Assembly (NCBI GenBank): GCA_963674735.2
Contig: CAXXQS010000002.1
Span: 1,984,001-2,048,000 of the forward strand
Reading direction: 5' to 3'
DNA from: Myxococcota bacterium
GTDB lineage: Bacteria; Myxococcota_A; SURF-8
DNA: 64,000 bases
In this document: positions 57,520 through 64,000 of the stretch, piece by piece
How positions within the stretch are numbered: the first letter of the stretch is position 1
How the letters are laid out: each line of letters begins with the position of its first letter
Notes under the pieces: model-generated
What the model saw: the letters and a program-made list of their open reading frames with translations, nothing else
Database searches by the model: none
Told to the model about the DNA's origin: nothing
Translations under genes and position numbers: made by a program

Positions 57520-58715
57520 AAGGACTTAAGCGAATCGGAGTGATAGGTGCACTGATGGTCGCCGGTTTCCTTCTAGCGGCGTTCATCGGCGAGGTGTTTT
57601 TACGTCTTGCCGGAATCGATGCGCCCGCCCTTTATCGCTACGATCACGATCTGGGTTACGACCTTCAGCCCGGCGCCGTAGGTGAATTCGATCTGGAAGG
57701 CCACAGCTTCGTTACGATCAATGCCCAGGGGCTGCGCGGTCCCGAGCGCGCCATCCCCAAACCCAACGACGTTTTCCGCGTTCTGGTTGTCGGCGACAGC
57801 TACATCGAAGCGTTTCATGTTCCCTATGCCCAAACCATGAGTGCGCAGTTGGAGACCCTGTTGCGTGAGCGGCTCAATCGCCCGATAGAGGTGGTCGCAA
57901 TGGGGGTGTCGGGTTACGGCAGCACGCAGGAGTGGCTGAAGCTGGTCCGTGACGGTTTCGCTTTTTCACCCGACTTGGTGCTTCTGGCATTTTTGCCGGG
58001 AAACGATGTGGTGGATAACAGCCGTGTTCTCAACGGTCGCCTCGATCGGCCTTATGCGGTGCTGAACGGCGACCGCCTCGAATTGGACCATGCTTTTCGC
58101 GATACCTTCGATGCGCGTTTCAAGAATGCATGGCTGGGGAAAATGCTGTATCGTTTGAAGGGGCATAGCGCGTTGTTGCGGGTGCTGCGCTTCCGGCTGT
58201 CGGTGCTGCGCCAGCAGATCGCCAACCCGCACTTGGTGAAGGCTCCGCCGACGGATATCCACTCGCGTGACGATCTGCCGTTGTCGTCCGAGCTGCGTTT
58301 GTACGATCCCGATCCGGTCCCCGAATGGCGAGATGCCTGGCGGCTCTCGATGCGCCTGATTCGCCAGATTCGTCTGGAGTGCGCCAAGCGTCGGGTGCGT
58401 TTCGGTCTGATGAGTCTCACCAGCGGGCGGCTGGTCGATCCGCCCACCTACCAGGAGTTCAAACAGCGCTATCCCTTCCTCGATCCCGATTTCCCCGAGC
58501 GTCGTTTGGGAGCCTTCGCGGCCAATCATGGCATCGAATATCTGCCTTTGGCCCCTGCGATGCTTGCCCGTGCCCGACAAAGCGGCGAGGTGTTTCACGG
58601 CTTCGGCGAGAACCGGGGGCGCGGCCATTGGAATGCCGTGGGCCATCGTGCGGCGGCGGAGATTCTATCCGATTGGCTGATCGCAGACGAGCTGCTGAAG
58701 CCGGTGCCGCGATAG
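57516..58715 (+). CDS. SGNH/GDSL hydrolase (AlgJ/AlgX-like)
   Basis: INAQGLR, VGDSY, GVSGYG, PGND, GHWNAVGH. Confidence 0.88.
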   Translation: MKGLKRIGVIGALMVAGFLLAAFIGEVFLRLAGIDAPALYRYDHDLGYDLQPGAVGEFDLEGHSFVTINAQGLRGPERAIPKPNDVFRVLVVGDSYIEAFHVPYAQTMSAQLETLLRERLNRPIEVVAMGVSGYGSTQEWLKLVRDGFAFSPDLVLLAFLPGNDVVDNSRVLNGRLDRPYAVLNGDRLELDHAFRDTFDARFKNAWLGKMLYRLKGHSALLRVLRFRLSVLRQQIANPHLVKAPPTDIHSRDDLPLSSELRLYDPDPVPEWRDAWRLSMRLIRQIRLECAKRRVRFGLMSLTSGRLVDPPTYQEFKQRYPFLDPDFPERRLGAFAANHGIEYLPLAPAMLARARQSGEVFHGFGENRGRGHWNAVGHRAAAEILSDWLIADELLKPVPR

Positions 58716-58837
58716 TCTCTGCCGGCGGCTTTCGTCGCCGTCGGATTGGTTTGCATTTCTTCGGGTTCGCCGCCTATAATGCGCAGGTCTTTATGTCGTA
58801 TATCGATTCATTCTAAAAACGATTTCCGGAGGATACC

Positions 58838-60478
58838 ATGCGCTATAATGGGTTGACGGCTTTTCTTTTGCTGTGTTTGCTCGTCTTTTGCGTAGCGGGT
58901 TGTGGGTCGGATGATGATGCGGCGACGGACGGCGACAGCCCCGACGGCGATAGCCCCGACGGCGACGATCCCGACGGCGACGATCCCGACGGCGACAGCC
59001 CCGACGGCGACGACCCCGACGGCGATGACCCCGACGGCGACGATGTGTTCGTTCTGCCCGACGCGTTGCCCTTCAGCTATAGCCGTGAACAGAAAGGCGA
59101 AGCGTTGAGCGAGCAGGAAGTTGCCGATTTCACAAAGAAGATCACGGGTTTCTGGAAAGATGTGGATGTGTTCAACTGGGTGCTGCGCATCAGTTCCGGC
59201 GTGGATGCCTCCACCGGCTATCCCGATTATGCCTTGTGGTGGCACGATGTGAAGCCGGTGAAAAGCGGCGACCTGGTTACCTTCACGCACTCCGATCAGG
59301 GCGGCGGCCACAACATCATGATCCCCTCCATGCGCGTTTTGACCCAGGCTGCGGCGGGTTATCTGCTGACCGGCGATGAAACGATGGGTAAAGTGGTCGA
59401 GCAGTTCGCCAAGGGTCTGACCGCCACGATGAAGGGGATGGTCTACGACGATGACGACCCGCTAGAGTATCTGATGGCGCGTAATATCGTTACCTTCAAT
59501 CATGAATTCACCATCGAGGACGACAAACGCAAAGCGGTGGATTACACGGGGTGGTACAGCAGTTACTCCACCTGGAACACCGGACGTTTTCTCTACACCG
59601 ACAATCCCTATTGGGGTGAGGTCTGGGTGACCAACATGCGTTCCAAAGACGACGTGCCGCACATCTTCCGCGCCACCGCCTGGTTGTGGTATGTCTCGCG
59701 CGATGCCGAGCACGACTGGGTGAAGGCTGCCGTGGATGAAACGCTCACCTACATGGTGGGATTCACCAAGGATATCGTGGATTCCGGTTACTACATCCGT
59801 TCCAAGGACGAAAACGGCGAGGCGTATATCCCCAGCGAAGATCTGGCCAGCTTCGTGACCTTCGAGGTGGTGGATGCCAACGCCGAATGCACCGCTAAAT
59901 TGAATTCGGCTTTGATTGCCTATCACGAGCCGCTGGAGAACGACTGCCTGGACGGCTCGGGTGGAACCTACGAGTCGGTGGCAACCGGTAATCACTACTA
60001 CAATTACGATATCGTTCAGTATTTCCACGTTGCCGCGGCATTGCACAGCCTGATCTTCGGGCAGGATGACATGGCCGAGGCGTTGGTCGAGGGGCTGGCT
60101 TCACGGGCCGATTATTACGGCGATCCCGATTCGGATGCGCCGCATCACGACCACGAAGATTGGAACCGCGATTTGGCGACTTTCCTGCTGGGGAGTGCCA
60201 CGGCGGGCTTGCCGCTTACCAACGAAGAGGCGCGCCTGATTCAGTATCACTATGGTCAGGCGGTGGACGAATTCACCGATTGGCCCTACTGGGATTTGTG
60301 GGACGCCTCGGTTCCGGACGGCACCTACGATTACAATCCACGTGAATCGTCCGAGGCGACGCGGATGGAAAACATTGCGGTTCTGCTGGAATATTGCGCC
60401 TCTCCATTCCGCAATCCGGCTGGTGCTTCGCCGGTGGACTGCGATGTCATTGCCGATATGGGAAGTTGGGGCGAATAA
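58838..60478 (+). CDS. Lipoprotein of unknown function with PDGD repeat linker
   Basis: Lipobox VAGC, (DGD[S/D]P)n linker, then an aromatic/acidic globular domain; GGAGG RBS. Confidence 0.8.
   Translation: MRYNGLTAFLLLCLLVFCVAGCGSDDDAATDGDSPDGDSPDGDDPDGDDPDGDSPDGDDPDGDDPDGDDVFVLPDALPFSYSREQKGEALSEQEVADFTKKITGFWKDVDVFNWVLRISSGVDASTGYPDYALWWHDVKPVKSGDLVTFTHSDQGGGHNIMIPSMRVLTQAAAGYLLTGDETMGKVVEQFAKGLTATMKGMVYDDDDPLEYLMARNIVTFNHEFTIEDDKRKAVDYTGWYSSYSTWNTGRFLYTDNPYWGEVWVTNMRSKDDVPHIFRATAWLWYVSRDAEHDWVKAAVDETLTYMVGFTKDIVDSGYYIRSKDENGEAYIPSEDLASFVTFEVVDANAECTAKLNSALIAYHEPLENDCLDGSGGTYESVATGNHYYNYDIVQYFHVAAALHSLIFGQDDMAEALVEGLASRADYYGDPDSDAPHHDHEDWNRDLATFLLGSATAGLPLTNEEARLIQYHYGQAVDEFTDWPYWDLWDASVPDGTYDYNPRESSEATRMENIAVLLEYCASPFRNPAGASPVDCDVIADMGSWGE
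58928..59044 (+). repeat. 15-bp tandem repeat (7 full copies + 1 partial) encoding DGD(S/D)P
   Basis: GACGGCGA(C/T)NNNCCC units read directly. Confidence 0.93.
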
Positions 60479-60506
60479 AGCCGCTTAATAAAATCGAATA
60501 GGTTAG

Positions 60507-60534
60507 ACGGGACGGCTGCGGTCGTCCCGTTTTT
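60507..60534 (+). terminator. Intrinsic terminator
   Basis: ACGGGACGGC-tgcg-GTCGTCCCGT followed by TTTT. Confidence 0.75.
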
Positions 60535-61559
60535 CATGGCTGGAGGAATCGCAGCAGGCGACGGGTGACGGTCGCAGGGTCGGGCAAGGTTTGGGTGAAA
60601 GCACGTGCCTGTGCGCCCATCATGGAACGGTGTTTCGGGTCGTCAATCAAGGCCTGCACGGCTTCCGCCAGCTCCGGCGTTTCCATGCGAGGCAAGATCC
60701 GCAGGCCCGTCCCCGTTCCCAGGTCGTTCCAGCCGGAGTGTCGGGCGGTCAGCACCGGCCGTCCCGCTTGCATCGCGCTCAAGGCATACGCACCCGGACC
60801 CGCCCCATCCGAGGCATCGATGAACAGGTCGGCCAGAGTCAGCAGTTCCGCAATCGGCGCATCGCTGTCGAAAATGTGCACCCGCCCCGCTAGCCCGAAC
60901 GATAGTGCCAGTGATTCAAAATAGTTGCGATCCGGCCCGTCTCCGATAGCCAGCAGCTTCAGATGGGGTAGGGACGTTTCGAGACGTTTCAAGCTACGCA
61001 GAACAACCGCCATGTCCGAGCCGGGTTCGAGGGCACGCCAGACGAGCAGGAAGTGATCGTTGCTGCGCGCTTGTACGCGTCGTTTGAGACGGGTCAGGCG
61101 TGTGTCGTCGAGCGCGGCGAGCTTTGTCAGCGGTAAGACCGGAAGAACGAACACGTTATCGGGGGCGACACCACCGGTGACCAACCTTTCGGCAATGGCT
61201 GACGATGCGGCCAGATAGCGGCGGTCGGGATGAACGGCTTGTGCCAAGGACTCGCTTTCACCGACGAAAAGCCATTCGAGGGGTTGCGGTTTCACGGGTT
61301 TGCGGAAGGGGCGGCGTTTGTGCCACGGCCGTTTGGCTGGACGATATTCGACGATCCGTCCGTCTTCCGGTGTGTTTAACGTTTCCGGAATACAGGCGTT
61401 TTGGCGCAGCATGGATAAAAGCGGGTCGTCGGGAGCGGCTTCGTACAGGGTTGTATGGATGGATAGCTGGGCCGGGTCGAGGGCATGCAGGATTCCCCAC
61501 AACCCGGCGGCGGCCGCGGCGCGGCGACGATCATGAGCGATAACGGACAGATGCGGCAT
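60534..61559 (-). CDS. GT4-like glycosyltransferase-fold protein with degenerate catalytic motif
   Basis: LLAIGDGP, ADLFIDAS..., AMQAGRPV, MGAQAR; start ATG 61559 after AGGGGAG (ORF-track start 61862 overlaps the divergent gene). Confidence 0.72.
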   Translation of the reverse strand: MPHLSVIAHDRRRAAAAAGLWGILHALDPAQLSIHTTLYEAAPDDPLLSMLRQNACIPETLNTPEDGRIVEYRPAKRPWHKRRPFRKPVKPQPLEWLFVGESESLAQAVHPDRRYLAASSAIAERLVTGGVAPDNVFVLPVLPLTKLAALDDTRLTRLKRRVQARSNDHFLLVWRALEPGSDMAVVLRSLKRLETSLPHLKLLAIGDGPDRNYFESLALSFGLAGRVHIFDSDAPIAELLTLADLFIDASDGAGPGAYALSAMQAGRPVLTARHSGWNDLGTGTGLRILPRMETPELAEAVQALIDDPKHRSMMGAQARAFTQTLPDPATVTRRLLRFLQP

Positions 61560-61734
61560 GCTCCCCTGGCTTTCACGCGTGATTCCGATCGGGGTCGACT
61601 TCCGGCATCTTAGAGAATTCGAACCGTCGGCGCAAGTGCGAAAAGGATCGGACGAAGCTTGACAGTCGAGTCGCGGCGTTTTAAGCTGATCTATCGAGTA
61701 TCGGATTTGAGAATAACCGAAGTGGTGGTAAACG

Positions 61735-62988
61735 ATGAAGCAGTGGATCAATCGATATGGCGGCCTGTGTGCGGTCCTCGTTCTCTTGACGACCGGCGTG
61801 ATTTTGGCCTGTTCCACCTTTTCAAGCGGATCGAGTTCCGAGAGTTTGGGGCAGGACTGCACGGGTAGCGGGGATTGTTCCTATGGCGAGGCCTGTGTGA
61901 CTTACGGCTTGGTGTGCGATTCGGATGGCGAAGCCTGTGAAGCGGCCAGCTTGTGCGTCCCGGAATTCTGCAATGCCGATGCGGATTGCATGAATACCGA
62001 TATGCTGCGTTGCTGCCGTGGCCGTTGCACCGATCGCGACGCCGATTGCCAATCCCCTTGCTCCATCAACGAAGATTGCGAATCGGGCATGTGTGTGGCC
62101 GGAAGCTGCGTCTCGATTCCGGGTGTCAGCGGCGAAAGCTGCCAAACTTCCGATGAGTGTCAGGAAGGCTATCTATGTCTGGCGGGTTTTTGCGTCGAGA
62201 ATCCCGGTGTGGACGGCGGCCAGTGCAACACGGATGCCGATTGCCAGTCGGGCACCTGCACGGCGGGTTTCTGCGTCGGGGGCGAAACCGGCCAGTGCGT
62301 CAGTGCCGACGATTGCCCGGGCGATGGGGCTATTTGTCTTTTAGGAACCTGCGTGGGCGGCACGAGTTCCTGTCAGACGGATGAAGACTGCCTGCCCGGC
62401 CAGAGTTGCGATGCGGGCGTTTGCACCGGCGAGGTGGTGTTGACCTGCGAGAGCGACGAGGATTGTCCCGCCGCCTACCGTTGCAACGACGGCGCCTGCA
62501 TTCCGGAATGGATCATTCCCTGCGAAACCAGCAAGGATTGCGAAGAAGGGTTCGTGTGCACCAATGGTCAGTGCTTGCCGGAAGGCGTGGAAACCTGCGA
62601 TACCAATGACGATTGCGAGGGCGATCAACTGTGCATTGCGGGCGTTTGCGTGGGCGATATTCCCGTCGACGGCGATGACGGTCGCTGTGAAGACGACTAC
62701 GATTGTGCGCCCGGTGAAAGCTGCATCGCCACCTTCTGCATCGACACCGGCGATGTGGATGTCCGTAGTTGCGATACGGATGCCGATTGCATTCGCGGTC
62801 AGAGCTGCGTTCTCGGCTTTTGTGTCGAAGCGCCGTCCCCCGGACGTCCCTGCGTCGACAGCAGCGATTGCAACGGCGGCGTGTGCATCCTGGGCCGCTG
62901 TTGGGGCGATTCGTCCCAAGGCTGCGAAAGCTCCGCCGATTGTCCGCCCGGCCAGGAATGCATCATGCAGACCTGCATTTCGTTTTAA
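61735..62988 (+). CDS. Cys-rich repeat lipoprotein (about 14 C-x2-D-x-D-C...C-x2-G-x-C units)
   Basis: Lipobox ILAC; protein composed almost entirely of 4-Cys repeats. Confidence 0.85.
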   Translation: MKQWINRYGGLCAVLVLLTTGVILACSTFSSGSSSESLGQDCTGSGDCSYGEACVTYGLVCDSDGEACEAASLCVPEFCNADADCMNTDMLRCCRGRCTDRDADCQSPCSINEDCESGMCVAGSCVSIPGVSGESCQTSDECQEGYLCLAGFCVENPGVDGGQCNTDADCQSGTCTAGFCVGGETGQCVSADDCPGDGAICLLGTCVGGTSSCQTDEDCLPGQSCDAGVCTGEVVLTCESDEDCPAAYRCNDGACIPEWIIPCETSKDCEEGFVCTNGQCLPEGVETCDTNDDCEGDQLCIAGVCVGDIPVDGDDGRCEDDYDCAPGESCIATFCIDTGDVDVRSCDTDADCIRGQSCVLGFCVEAPSPGRPCVDSSDCNGGVCILGRCWGDSSQGCESSADCPPGQECIMQTCISF

Positions 62989-63006
62989 TCCGATATTTTT
63001 ACCCGA

Positions 63007-64000
63007 TCAGATTTGCCAGGGTAAAGCCGGCATGGCGTGCAGGCGTTCGGCCGCTTCGGCCAGCGTCCAGTTCTCGATCCGGTCGGCGTAAGTCTCGTTC
63101 AACCAACTCAGAAAAGCATCGATGGCCTCGAAGTCCTGGACCGATTTGCTGTGGTGATTCACCACCACCGGCAGAGTCGTTTCCAGACCACCGAAACGGC
63201 GTTCGGCTTCCTCGAAGATCTGCTCCGTGATCCAGCGCATTTCAAACAACGTGGTCAGGCTCAAATCGAAAATCACTACCCGATCCTCGATCAGGATATC
63301 TTGCACTGTGCGCAGTTTGTTCCGCACGGTTTTCAGTAGTCCGGAGTCACTACAGGCCGTGGCCTTATTCGTAGCAGGTTGAATCGGCTTTGATTTGATC
63401 GAAGACGGCGAGTTATTATCGTTCAAACCTTCGATTTTCCCACGGACTTTGCGCGATAGTTCCTCAAAGCGCCAGCTCAAGTTCACGCGGCGGGTTTGAG
63501 TGGGAATTTCGAGGAACCGCTGGCCGGTTGTTTGAGAGGCGAGATGGCGCACATCCTGCGGGTCGGCAAAATAGGGCGCGAAAGCTTCGTCCACCTCGCG
63601 GTAATCCACCGGAGCCCGTTCGCGGGTGGAGAGCACTCCGGGAGCCACGCTCACGTCCGTGTCGATGCCGCATTCGAGCAGAATGTCCACCAGCGGCTGG
63701 CTTGGGTTCATGGGCCAGGTTCCCGAGCGGAAGCATCGGCAGCGGTAAGCGGCATTCAAGGGCTGCAATAGCTTTTCGAGCAGCGGTTTGCCCGTCGTCA
63801 CCATTTCGCGGATCTGCGCTTCCGGGCACAGCGGCAGCGACCAGTTGTCACCCAGTTTCCAGCTTCCCGCCTCATAAACGGCGTCGACCCATTGCGGATG
63901 CAGATGCAGTTGGACGTCGTGACCGCGTAAGATCGCGGCTTCCAGCGTGCGTCGCCACATGTCGCAGGGGAGGGCGAATTCCGGATGCTTAGGCAGATGC
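63007..64000 (-). CDS. Polysaccharide deacetylase-like protein (5' end beyond the window)
   Basis: GHDVQLHLHPQW, FRSGTW, LEIP; the frame is open to the window end. Confidence 0.78.
   Translation of the reverse strand, partial: HLPKHPEFALPCDMWRRTLEAAILRGHDVQLHLHPQWVDAVYEAGSWKLGDNWSLPLCPEAQIREMVTTGKPLLEKLLQPLNAAYRCRCFRSGTWPMNPSQPLVDILLECGIDTDVSVAPGVLSTRERAPVDYREVDEAFAPYFADPQDVRHLASQTTGQRFLEIPTQTRRVNLSWRFEELSRKVRGKIEGLNDNNSPSSIKSKPIQPATNKATACSDSGLLKTVRNKLRTVQDILIEDRVVIFDLSLTTLFEMRWITEQIFEEAERRFGGLETTLPVVVNHHSKSVQDFEAIDAFLSWLNETYADRIENWTLAEAAERLHAMPALPWQI

Overview
Ordinary chromosomal window, with no prophage, CRISPR, rRNA or tRNA seen. It comes from a moderately GC-rich bacterium, probably Myxococcota/deltaproteobacterial (inferred from a MYXO-CTERM-like tail, Cys-rich repeat lipoproteins, a myxobacterial-type TonB protein and tandem PilZ). 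It holds about 48 CDS. (1) A glycan-modification island (5.2-17.2 kb): two radical SAM enzymes, a GNAT, an NDP-sugar epimerase/decarboxylase, a GT10, a UDP-Glc dehydrogenase-TPR-FkbM fusion, a CatB-like acetyltransferase and a TPR-GT4. It has a good sigma-54 promoter match and sits next to a YjfB-like gene. (2) A second polysaccharide locus (44.7-58.7 kb): penicillin-acylase family, GT-C-like membrane protein, Wzx, CapK, bi-domain oxidoreductase, AAC(3), Wzy/ligase and SGNH. (3) Housekeeping genes: ilvE, pcm, slyD, trmH, thiM, thiE, comB and a SpoIID/LytB gene. (4) Several unrelated exported proteins that share an acidic (P)DGD-repeat linker, mostly directly after a lipobox; this is the most striking unexplained pattern, and the window also encodes an isoaspartate-repair enzyme with a possible signal peptide. 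There is also a 172-bp MITE-like element and a PdhR/LldR-type operator on a rhomboid promoter. All calls are from motif recognition by eye; no database searches were run.
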